From positions 537,605 to 601,604 of the forward strand of contig JAQGDQ010000071.1 of the NCBI GenBank assembly GCA_030141605.1: a DNA stretch of 64,000 nucleotides. Reading direction: 5' to 3'. Shown here in pieces: positions 13,123 through 24,479 of this stretch (positions are counted from its first letter, which is position 1; every line of letters starts with the position of its first letter). Both the position numbers and the translations under genes were made by a program. Under the pieces are notes generated by a model. That model was not told the DNA's origin. It did not search any database and was given only the letters and a program-made list of their open reading frames with translations. The stretch is from Tubiluchus corallicola. Taxonomy: Eukaryota; Animalia; Priapulida.

Positions 13123-15289
13123 TCCAAATAGTGCACATATTAGAATTAGAATTTCGTGAAGATACAATTGCACTTACTTCTGCTTCCATACACTGCGTGG
13201 TCATCTAGAATCTCATTGACTTAACACGATGGGTAGATGATAAAAGATATATGTTCGTCCACAAATGCACGTTCTTTACATTTAGCACATGGCTTCATCA
13301 GCATTCTTAACTTCTACTTCAACTAGGTAGCGAAAATGCGATTGGTTGACATTATTAAAGGAATCATGATAGTGAGGTAACTTTTTATTTGCATGTCTAT
13401 TAAACTTCGTTCATTAGAAAAACAAATAACCGTTCACAAATACAAATATTATCGATGTATAAACGTTATTTGTACACAGTCCATCTTGGCGCGAGTGAAT
13501 CATGAGAGTACGCTGCACAAAATTACTTGCCTCTGTCGTGGGATAAACTTGTTTCAAAATTGAAGCCAAGTCAAGCTTAACCGGCTTATCACTTGCACTG
13601 CCTATTGGTCGCCACTAGTTAAAGTTGAGTAAACAAACACAAGTTTATAATGTCAGCTAAAACTTTCAGTATGGAGGAAGTTTTTATTCAACAAAAAAAC
13701 GATTAGCATGTAACAGAAATTATTTAGGACAAGTGTACAGCTGAAAATGTATGTATTATGCGAACATCGGATAATTCGTACAAGCGCATCGTTCGTATTA
13801 ACCGAAGTTATGCTTGTGCCGCCATAGTCTTTAATTACAGCTTGCATTTCGTGCAGATTTGCTTTTTTGGATACTGCATGTTGTTTCTGATGTGTCATCA
13901 CGATTGTTTATCATATTACAAAAGTTGCTAAACAAGCGCCACCTTGCTGTAACCTTGGGTGTTACGTAAACTTAGCACATAGAAAATTCAGCGCACAAAG
14001 GGTTAGAATGACAATGGATGTTAAAACGACACCCAATTAGCGTGACACTTGAGACCCAAAACTCAATTACCTGCAGACTAAGTTCAAGTGACAACTCTCA
14101 ATTAACAGAGGATGTTTTTAACTTAGAAACGTTTTTTAAAGCTTTTGTTCTGAAATATCTAACACTCTGAGGAGATTTTGTCAGACAATAATATCAGTAA
14201 TTCGATGAACAGATAATAAATTTACACTACTGGATGTTGTCTTAATTTACTTTGGCAAAATTTGGCTGTGCACCACAGAGTCCTGTGACAGTGGAAGCTA
14301 TTACAGCGGTCTCCTCCAGAAAGGAGAGGAGCGTCATTTCCAGTGAGGGACTTCTCTTATACGAGCATCATAAAGAACATCATTAAAGAAAGCAAGCTGT
14401 GCTTCAATAAAAACAAACTTTATTAAGAAGACTTGGTCAGAAGTTAGATGCTCAGGTTCGCTTATTTTCGTTTTCTACTCCCGCCCTAGAATCTCTCTTG
14501 AATAAGTCCATTTATTTACAGCTGTGCTGCAAGACTTACCAGCTGAAAAATCAGAAATCACCAAGACAACATGGTGATTGTGGAAAGTGCTATTTTTGGT
14601 GAGATGCGCTCCATGCATGGAGGTTAGTGAGACATAGGATGTTTGTAAGAATTAAAAGCGTCTGTAGAACATGTGTTTATCAGTAAGAGATTGCCACTTC
14701 ATTTTCTGTATACATAATAACACCAAAATTATGTGTTTATTTATATTTACGTAATACAAATTACAGTGATAAAATAATTTCTCAGTTACTAAAGTAAATT
14801 ATGCATGCAAACTACAGACGATATTACGATAAATAAAAAGTTAAAACTGGCTGAAATATATGGTGAAATGTGCCAATATCGTACACGTCGGACAATTCGT
14901 TTTAGGCTTTTACAGAATATAACAAGATAGTATAGACACTCTTTTTCCTTCCTTCCTTTTCCACCCTTTCATTAGTAAAAGAGAAGAAAAACAGAGTTTA
15001 TTCCACTTTGTTATTTTTGGTACAACCTTGAAGCTCACTGTTCGATATTAGCCCAATATTTTACCCAATATAATTTTATAAAGCATTAAAACGATTCTGC
15101 ATTAAATTACGGTAAGATTAAACAAAGAATAAAAAGAAAATGTGTCTCAAATGTGAGCCCTTTCTTTAGGCCGTCCCTAGCAGAAGTGAATGCTTGACTG
15201 AGATTCATTTATTTACACTCTATGAATGAATGTCTTTGTGCACGAGTTACAGGAAGCTGTAACTCGTTAAAACGTAAAACGTTAAAAAT

Positions 15290-16200
15290 GAAAACTTTAG
15301 AAAACTAAATACAATGCAAAACTACGCACTTAGATTAATTCATGGCTCCTCTAACAAAACTGCTAAACAACATGCTGCTTCTGCAACAAGCTTAAGAGCG
15401 TCCGCAAAAATACCAATATCAGAAGCCTATCGAGATTACAAAACACTGATATTTCTTTATAAATATATCAATAAACTGAGCATTCCATTTATAAACAATC
15501 CCTTAGCATTCATTCCTGATACCACTTTAAACAATAGAACACACAATTTAAAGCAAATTACAGTAAACAATAAATTTGGAAATAACTCTATATCAAAACA
15601 GGCCATACATTTATGGAACTTACTACTCAGTGACATAAAACTAATAGAATCTCTCCACCAATTTAAAAAGAAATTAAAAGAATATCAATATAACAGGTGT
15701 CAAGTTCCACATTGTGCATCTGATACTAATTACACAGACTCAACTTTCATCTACCCCCGCCCCTGACTCCATAAAACGATTAAAAAAGTAAAATTTTTAA
15801 AAAATTATGTAATGTAATACGTGTTACGTCAGTTTTGTAATGTCAAATGTAAAAATAGTGAAAGTAATGAGTTAACATTAACAAAATGTAATGAGTGAAA
15901 TTTATGTAATGTAAAGCATGTTTCTGTTGTGTCATGAAAAATGTATATATGTGTAAAATATGTCATGTAAAATTTAATGTACTTTTGTAATATTGTTTTG
16001 TAAAAATATTTTAATATTGTGTTTGTAAATATGTTCATTTATTGCATATAATTAGGCCTTAGTTTTGCACTTTAGTTTTTTTTTTAGTCTGCACTGGACG
16101 CATTTGTCTTGAACAGTGTTGTTATTTTAACATTACGCTGAGGATTACTCAATTTTATTATAATGAGTGAGCCATTTTAATGACAAATAAAGAATTAATA
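15290..16200 (+). mobile_element. 5'-truncated CR1/L2-group LINE (ORF2 C-terminus plus AT-rich 3' UTR)
   Basis: ORF 15314-15766: QNYALRLI...IFLYKYIN...FGNNSISKQAIHLWNLLLSDIKLIESLHQFKKKLKEY, the typical CR1/L2 ORF2 tail; ends with AATAAA at ~16186. Confidence 0.85.
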
Positions 16201-17300
16201 TATATATATATAAGCCATGTGATTTTGGCAATTGTTTTGTTGGAGAAAAATGTTACAAATAATCCGCTTTACGTTCATTTTCTGGTAATCTCTAATAATA
16301 GCCTAGGACGCCAAAGTTTGAGGAGCGTCACGTTTTAGACAAAATTCTTATTCTCCTCGGAAAATGTGCATACTTTCATATTCATGTAAACGGCGCATGT
16401 TATAACACACCACAGGCAGTTACTCATCTCCCCTTCTATATATGTACCACATAACAAACAGATGCAAGGTATTACACAACAAACAGTTGCGCAATTGCAC
16501 GAATATAAACGCTGTGCAAATACACATAAATAAGAATGATCACGTAGAAACTAGGTTAATAGTGTTTCTAATACACCACAAGTAATTGTTTAATCTGCTC
16601 ATTGCATTAACAGCCACAAATTCACAATAGAGATGGGCAGCACAGAACTAGGGCGTCGCAAAGTCTTGATACGCCCCTGCTAATAGCGCAGGTACTCAAC
16701 GAAAAAAGTAGTTACTAGAATAGCAATCTCATGTAAATTATAGAGACATATAAAAACATGCGATAAACTGATTTGAGGAAAGCAGGAATAATGGTGATCT
16801 TGTCATGGAACTTGGGATATATAAGAACGCTAACGCTGTTGTTTGAAATTTCCTTAATGTCTGCTGTTCGTGTAACACTGGCGTGGCTCTTTGATATCGA
16901 TTATTTGCAAGTTACCACATGGACGTGGATCGTCTTGTGTTTTTGTTTGCGGAGTTTTTTTTTGTTTGCTTGCTTCAAATTTTTGCTCACTGTTTGTAAG
17001 TTGGTTTTCTTAACTCAAATAGCAAATGCTCGTGGCCCAGAACGTTTAAAAAATTTTATGTGAAAAACTACAAAACCAAACGCCAAAAAAATGTTTCACG
17101 TATTAAATAACTTGTAAATGTGTTTGGGCAACATTCCGGGGATTTTTCCTTGCACAAGTAAGATGCTGGAAAGCAAACACAAGTATACGTAGATGATTTT
17201 AAGTTATTTTCATTAATGGAAATGCGTTCTGCAGGCTTTGCTATTTATTACATGCAGAAATGGGATGTTTTGTGTGTCAGTGCAAAACCAGAGACCTCTC

Positions 17301-17870
17301 TGTTGATGTTGTTGTTGTTGGCATTTTTCTGTCTCGGAAGACAATGGAGTGTGCGCTAAGAGAGTCAGTTATTGATCACATTGATGGAGCTGCAGCGTCG
17401 ACTGTGGCTGAGCAGTCCGATCCTTGAACCACTGGAGTGGCTTCTCCAGGGCGCACGCCTGGGTAAGGTGTATGGAGATCCTGAGTTGCCCAGACAACAG
17501 GAACCCCTCTCTTCCTCCCTGGTGTAGTGCAGAGAAAGCAGAGCGATACGTTTAGTACTAGGTTGACTGCAGGAGGTGCCGGAGTCAGTGAGCATGCTGC
17601 ATTGGTCCGCCTTCGGGGCTCCACTCCTGATTTGGAAGGTTTACTCCTCTACACATGGCCGTTGGGTCTCTTGACCTCCTCCGCCCTCTAACCGTTGGCT
17701 GCTTGTGCAGCTCCTCCGCCTAGTGTCGAGATACAGTGTGCGCATCCCGCAAGCCTACAGCACCTGATATTCCTAGGCGGTCACCTATCCAAGTACTAAC
17801 CAGGCTCTACGTTGTTTAACTTCGGTGATCAGACGAGAACCGGTGTTTTCAACGTGATTTCGCCGTAGTC
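17301..17870 (-). mobile_element. 5S rRNA-derived SINE (SINE3), full-length copy 1 (~570 bp)
   Basis: 120-nt 5S head 17870-17751 (GACTACGGCGAAATCACGTTGAAAACACCGGTTCTCGTCTGATCACCGAAGTTAAACAACG...GTACTTGGATAGGTGACCGCCTAGG...TGTAGGCTT), ~430-nt body shared in part with 61668-61904, (CAA)n tail. Confidence 0.9.
17751..17870 (-). pseudogene. 5S rRNA-like sequence (SINE head, not a canonical 5S gene)
   Basis: Full-length match to invertebrate 5S with boxes A, IE and C; several substitutions; no oligo-T terminator after the 3' end. Confidence 0.85.
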
Positions 17871-19745
17871 ACAGAGACATATAGAGATCTCTCTATTTCC
17901 GTAGCAAAACGTTTGTTTCTGCGGCAAAACTGTGTGCTAGCCATCTATCGTAAATGTCGAATGAAAATAAAATATTTTTTATGATTTGTTTCTGTTTTTA
18001 AAATTTTCTTCATTTTTCAAACTTTTATAGTCATTTAAAGACTTTACAAGCAAGATTCGATACATTCGAAACGCAGCGTTCAATTTTGTAAAGGTTAATT
18101 GGGCCCTGTAAAGCTATTTGACTTGCAGTGTGTCCACCTCCAGGGAAATTCCTCAGATTGAGATGACATTGACTGAACTAGTCCTATTCGAAATACAGCT
18201 ACAGGCTGGCCTGTGATTAGATATGGACACAGGCTATTGTTTCATAGAAATGGCTTCTATTTCGCTCTAAGACGAGTCAATAATTTGAAATGAAAAGGCG
18301 AGTTTTGCGCCCTAAAGCACAAGTGGGCTTTCAAATTTTATCTCTGCATCCACTCACCGCCCCCTTGTAATTTCAGTAACTCCCTCTTGAGTGAGGCGGG
18401 ATGTCATTTGGATGAGTAATCCTTGACATTCTTACATGAAGTTGCCTCAATTAAATCACCCGTATGTGGAAACTGTACACAAATCCAAGACATATACATA
18501 CTGCCTACTAAAATTAAACGGCTACCTGTATGTAATTAAGTGATCGTCTGCAATTAATTTGTCCACGTTTAATTGCTGACAATCAAGTAATACTCTTACG
18601 CTCACGTGTAAAGGGTTCACCAAATAATAGGCGACCTCGTACCGGAAAAGACCGTAATAGATTAAAGCCGACAAAACCATGAAAAGAATCACTTAATTCT
18701 GAATAAAGAACGTGCACTTGTTTTAATAACCTATATTGTCGCCATTCGTAGCTCTGGTGGCGACTAATCGACGTCGGGTACACAGTCACCGGAATTTCTC
18801 AATGAGACTGCTGTTATGACTCATTTCCTCAGCAACTTTGTTGAATTTGTTATTTCTGAGGATAAAAAGTAGGATAAAATTTAGAAAATAGATTACAATA
18901 TTAGAAAAAACACCGAAACATTTATATTATATCTACTTCTAGTTCTAGTAACTTCTGTGCCTAGTGCGTTCAACGTTTCTTGCCCATACCAGTACTTTCA
19001 ACAATTTAATTCAATTCTTCTTTGTTTCTGTAAAAGAAATTGCACACAGAGACCCATAGAGAAATTACTGTGGTAAGACTACAGAAACCCACAAGTTGTT
19101 CATATATTTAAGACGTCAGCAAAAATTCAGCCACTGTATGCAGTGATATCTCTCTCACTTAATTTTAACGATGGTGAATACAGGTAATTTCATTACAATT
19201 TCTATACAAACTAAAAACTGTGAAAGTAAAGAAAACCGGGAAACTGTCATTTGCTCGCAGGACACGTGTCTAATGCGAGTAACGAAATGTGAAGCATTGT
19301 TAGTGATGCTTAGTTAGGCTCATTCAGCTTGACAACAGGAGTTGCGTTGTTTCGTGAGCAAATAAATCCAATTTAGAGGCACTAGAAAGGTCGTTGAAGT
19401 CAATCGTCCATCGTGTTTCATGACCATTGTCAGGCTGCCTACTTTAATGCCGTTTTCATTTCATGTCAATCTTTAATGTCGTAGAAATTTTTACGGCATC
19501 TCAAAAAAAAACTTGAGAACATTTTACTAACATCTTAAGAAACTGAAGAGTTTCTATTAACTCATCGTAAATGATTTTCGTAACTCATCATAAATAAATA
19601 AAATTGCAAGGATGTTTACTGGAGAAAGTGATTCGTTTTTGCACCTTCACGGGTCGTACAAATGTGCAAAAATTAAGTAGCTATTTAACCATAAATATTT
19701 GTGATCAATTTAATTAAGAAAAAAAAACAAGCGAAAACTAGTTAA

Positions 19746-20349
19746 AGGAAAACAGGATGATTTTTCACATGCCGCCCTATATTTATAAGTATACAGCAAA
19801 AAGTATACCGCATACATTTTAGCATCTATAATAATGCTAAAGTGTTTGTGATAATAAAATAATAGTTTAAAAACTTAACTGACGGCTGGAGATACCAGCA
19901 AGCGATGACGTCAGAACTGAACACAGTTTTGTAACAGCCAAACATTCAACGAGCTTGATGCAAGTGTTTGCAAAAAACAGAAATGGAAGTATAATGCTAC
20001 TGTACAACATTGACTGTGGTACACAAAAAACTTGTCGAATTTATGTTTAAAACTTTAAAACTTAAAACCGCCGTGTTGTCATGCTATTTCACCAAAAAAA
20101 GGTAATACGTCAGAACTGAACAGAGACGTACAGTGCTTGTTTTTTATGCAATGTGTTTTCGAGATGCAGATACTATGTCTATTTAACTACTGTAGCTAAT
20201 GGCGCATGAACACCGAGCGCACGCAAAATTAAACTTTGGTGGTAATAATTCTTTTACGTAAGTCACATAAAAAAACAATTATGTGCACTTTTAATATTTT
20301 ACACATTAGATTACTTTTAGCTATAGCTTAAGATTGGGTCCTGTCCCCT
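19746..20349 (+). mobile_element. Family A TTAA MITE, full copy
   Basis: TTAA|AGGAAAACAGGATGATTTTTC ... GGGTCCTGTCCCCT|TTAA. Confidence 0.85.
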
Positions 20350-20819
20350 TTAAGGAAAGAGTTGACAATTCTTTTTTTGTCTCGCTTTAGTGCACTTAGA
20401 AACGAAACTACTCATTCATGCATTAATTTTAATTTTAACCAAATCTAGGCAGAATATTTTTAAGAATAACATACCGCATTGATAAGATATTATTTGTTCT
20501 TGTTGCCATCTTTGTCGTGGTCGCGGTTGCGACTGCTGCTGCTATTGTTGTTATGTGTTGTTATTTCAAGTAAGCATTCTAGAGAATTCTCTGCCTTGGG
20601 ACCAGTATGTGATCTCGCACATTATGTTAATTATGTAGAAATATCTGTAATCACGAACACGAAGCTAATTAATTACCATGCTGTATGTACCCAATAGAGC
20701 TATATTTATTCTGCATCCTATGTCCATGTATTTTTCAAACAAATTACTGCTTCATGAAATCTTATCATGGATAGTCCTTAAAATCCCTGCGTAAGTTTCT
20801 AAAAATCGATCAGAAGATA

Positions 20820-20967
20820 AGACAGGACAGGACAGGACAGGACAGGATTGGACAGGACATGGCGGGACAGGACAGGACAGGACAGGACAGGACAGGACAG
20901 GACAGGACAGGACAGGGCAGGGCAGGGCAGGGCAGGGCAGGGCAGGGCAATACAAGATAAGATAAGA
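20820..20967. repeat. (GGACA)n-(GGGCA)n pentanucleotide microsatellite
   Basis: Direct reading. Confidence 0.95.
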
Positions 20968-21183
20968 TCTTTATTTAAATTCGAGCTTATCTTCTGATCG
21001 AAGAGAACTAAATACATCAAAAACAATGGTGATTATGGTCAGACTGCTCACTCGTGAGAGTACTGTTATTTGGTGTTTCCGTGTGGTTGCACAACAATTT
21101 TCTTACTAAAATTTTGAAACGTATGTATAGTAGCGTCAGCTTATAGTAGGGGGTGAGCATTCTCTATCAGAAAGCAAAGAAGG

Positions 21184-21256
21184 AGTTTACAATTCCCCAC
21201 GAAATTTTAAGTACTGTAACCCTAGACCTAACATTGTGTGTGGGGAATTGTAAACT
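21184..21256. repeat. Perfect 17-bp inverted repeat enclosing TAACCC-like spacer
   Basis: AGTTTACAATTCCCCAC (21184-21200) / GTGGGGAATTGTAAACT (21240-21256). Confidence 0.9.
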
Positions 21257-22189
21257 TTAGCCCAAGTGCGAATTCGAATCGAATCAAATTTTTGACTTTC
21301 GAAATCGCTCAAACCGAGTTTCAAAATTTCAAATCCAAATCGAACTCGAAAAAATAGTCTCGCAAAGATCACGCATATTGCTTAATTTTGTACCAAAGCA
21401 AAAAAATACTAACAATTTGGGTAAAAATCGTGCACTGAAATAGCAGCTAAATAATGGAGTTTGCATAACGTTTGAAACGGTTTAATCTTAAGGAACTTTT
21501 GTAGTAAAGTGCTGAATTACTCAAATCCAAAATTTTAAGTTCGAATAGAATTTGAATTAAAAAACTCGTTCGAACTGAATTCACCCCAAGCTTACAGCGG
21601 AAAGCACAGAGTGCTGATTACTGTACGACTGGAATTCAGGTTCACATTTACATTTCGTTGTAATAACTATCACATCTGCAACATTTATATTCACTGGCGA
21701 ACTCTACACGATCACCTCTATTCATCATGTTGGTAAACTCTTTACCAATAAGTGGTTTCAGTCAATCGCTCATTAAAACAATTCACATTCAGAATACACA
21801 CCGTCTCCATTGATTGAGCCACACGAATGCTTTTTCTAGTCACAAATTTGTAACCAAATTTGCCTTGCGAAGAACTGTGGAATGAAAGATGATTCGTTTT
21901 GGAAATTTTGTCCATAAATGAAATACACGGAAACGGAAGTATGACCGTGTATTTTCACCGTCATTGTTATTCTACGGCGATGGCACACTAGGTGACAGCG
22001 TCCGACACCGGACATCAAGTTTTGGATTAAACGGAAGTGCCAATCGTCCCCCATTATAGATGACTTGATGGATAAGGCAACCCAGTAAATGACTGACTGA
22101 CAAACTGACTGACTTCTTTAGCTAGGAACTACATGTGTTGCTGAGGGCTGTTCATTCTTTATTTGGTCGACTGCGTAGTTAACAACTGA

Positions 22190-22349
22190 ATGACGGACTG
22201 GTTGACTGGCTGAGTGAGTGAGTGAGTGACTGACTGACTGACTGACTGACTGACTAACTGATTAACTGGCTAGCTAGCTGCTGACTGATTGACTAGCTGA
22301 CTGACTGACTGACCGACTAACCGACCGACCGACCGACCGACAGACTGAC
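22190..22349. repeat. (GACT/GACC/GAGT)n microsatellite
   Basis: Direct reading. Confidence 0.9.
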
Positions 22350-22951
22350 GCGTGAAAAGAAACAAGAATTTATTCTAGCTTATAGAATGTTTATCATCAA
22401 GAATGTTCGATTTCTTCATTGACAGATATCTTCTTATTTTGCTTAGGAATTTTCTGACTCTGCCAGTCTTTTTATTATCTAAAACGAATTACATTACTTT
22501 TTGCGCGATCCAATTTGCACTGAACTACTTTGCTAAAATATTTACGATATAGAAATATTTTAATCGCAATATAAACTGGAGAGGGAGAATATTTAAACGG
22601 TAGAGGACAATATCTTGACTGAGACAAACGTAAACGGCACGCGTCAAAACTTGTTACAAATTTGCAAGCATTAGATGACAAAATTGACAAACTGAAATTT
22701 ATCTGTTATATAACCAGTAGCTACAAGGGTGTCCTTGAAAATGGAAAAACAACAAGTTATACATGGAAGAATTCAATGCTTCAATGTAATTGGTTTGTGC
22801 CAGACGGTTTAGTTAGTAGTAAGGCGTAATGGTGTAATGGGGTAATAATAATCTCTGTTATGTAGTTGTAGATTGTTATTTACAGTCGGCCCAAAAGCTC
22901 TTTGGAGCTTATGTTAATTGTTGATCCAAAAAGGCGACTTTTTAAATAAAG

Positions 22952-23088
<137 letters not shown>

Positions 23089-23284
23089 CTATAATTTCAT
23101 GCGTTGCAGGTAGAAATTACATTAAAAACATTTTGAACGATCGCTTTTTATTTGTTTCTTCAAAATCTCGACTTTCATACTAAGTCTTCACAGGTGACAA
23201 ACAAATTAGCTCAATGCAAGAGACGTTGTTTTTCTTATATTAGTTTCTAGCAAATGTCTTAGCACAGAAAGTTCTTCGCTGGTA

Positions 23285-23668
23285 CATGCATTTCGCCATT
23301 TGCTAGTTAGATGGACGGAAGCCAATAGCGTCTGCATCTGTGAACACGTTGCAGAAAAAATACAGGCGCCGTATCTCCCGTTTTTAAATTTATAATTTCC
23401 CGAGTTTTTTGTGTATTACACCGAATGTTGCACTGTACTTCAAGTTTCGCTTTTGCAAACATGTGCAACACGCTCATGGAATGTTTGTGCTGTTGAAAAT
23501 TATGTTCAATCATGAAATCATCACTAGCTGGGCTTGCCAGTCGTTAATTAACTTTTTAACCTATTATTTAATTGCCAGAAATACTTTTGCGTAATTATAG
23601 GTGCTAAAGCATATATTTACTGCACTTCAAAAAGTGAGGTAGACTGCGAAAAATAATCCTGTTTTCCT
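23285..23668 (-). mobile_element. Family A TTAA MITE, inverted truncated copy
   Basis: CCTGTTTTCCT at 23658-23668 is the reverse complement of the family left TIR; gcactgtacttcaa, gcgtctgcat and tttcgccatt match the family in reverse. Confidence 0.8.
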
Positions 23669-24167
23669 TGACAGAGCGCATTTATTAATTGATTGCAACT
23701 TGCAAGCTTTACTTAGCCCTGTCCTGAAAGCTTCAAATAAACATTTCTTCTCTCATTCAAGCTGATTTCTGTCAATAGCACTACGAATTACATCCTACTG
23801 GATTCAATTTAGCAAAGTTTAATGCCATCTGTTTCTACTTCGCACTGTAATTATGCTGTAAACAGGATTTACTATTGGATTTTACAGTGGACTGTAATGC
23901 CTCCTCTAACCATTCCAAACCGAGCATGTTGATTCACGTGCACATGTACCCCTCCTTCACAAATCCTACTATACATAAAAATTCGTTGGATTTGTGTTTT
24001 CGTTTGGTAAGATTAGAAAAGTTAAAGGGAAAAATTTGAAACCGTTTTTAGCAAAATTTCTTCATTGTACTGATAAAAATATTCTAGTGGCTTCTTACTA
24101 AAACATAAGACCTGGAGCAAGAGATTTATTACAAACAGGAAAAAAATAGCCACTCAAATGCCATTTA

Positions 24168-24268
24168 TAGGTAGGTAGGTAGGCAGGCAGGCAGGCAGGT
24201 AGGTAGGTAGCTAGGTGGGAGATAGGCAGGCAGGCAGGCAGGTAGGTAGGCAGGTAGGTAGGTAGGCA
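24168..24268. repeat. (AGGT/AGGC)n microsatellite
   Basis: Direct reading. Confidence 0.93.
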
Positions 24269-24325
24269 TATTCTGCGTAAAAAGACTTTTTTACATGAAG
24301 TTTTTGCTTCACCTTTTGTTGATCA

Positions 24326-24479
24326 TTTATTGCTGCTTCACCGACCACTTTATTTCTGCTTCCTCGGGCATTTTACTACTCCCTCATGGGCCACTTTTTT
24401 ACTGCTTCATGGACCATTTTATTGCTGCCTCATGGACCACTTTATTGCTGCATCAAGGACCACTTTGTTTCTGCGTCAT
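24326..24479. repeat. Degenerate 23-bp minisatellite, ~6.7 units
   Basis: Consensus tttattgctgcctcatggaccac in exact 23-bp register (24326, 24349, 24372, 24395, 24418, 24441, 24464). Confidence 0.85.

Noticed and set aside
13265-13306. Second hammerhead on minus strand (CTGATGAAGCC...)
   Set aside because: GAAA box reads TAAA and stems I and III do not form convincingly
14522-14621. Plus-strand exon-like segment with splice signals
   Set aside because: Stops in all three frames; no support
17751-17870. Functional 5S rRNA gene
   Set aside because: No oligo-T terminator, several substitutions, dispersed, and fused to a body and tail shared with the second copy
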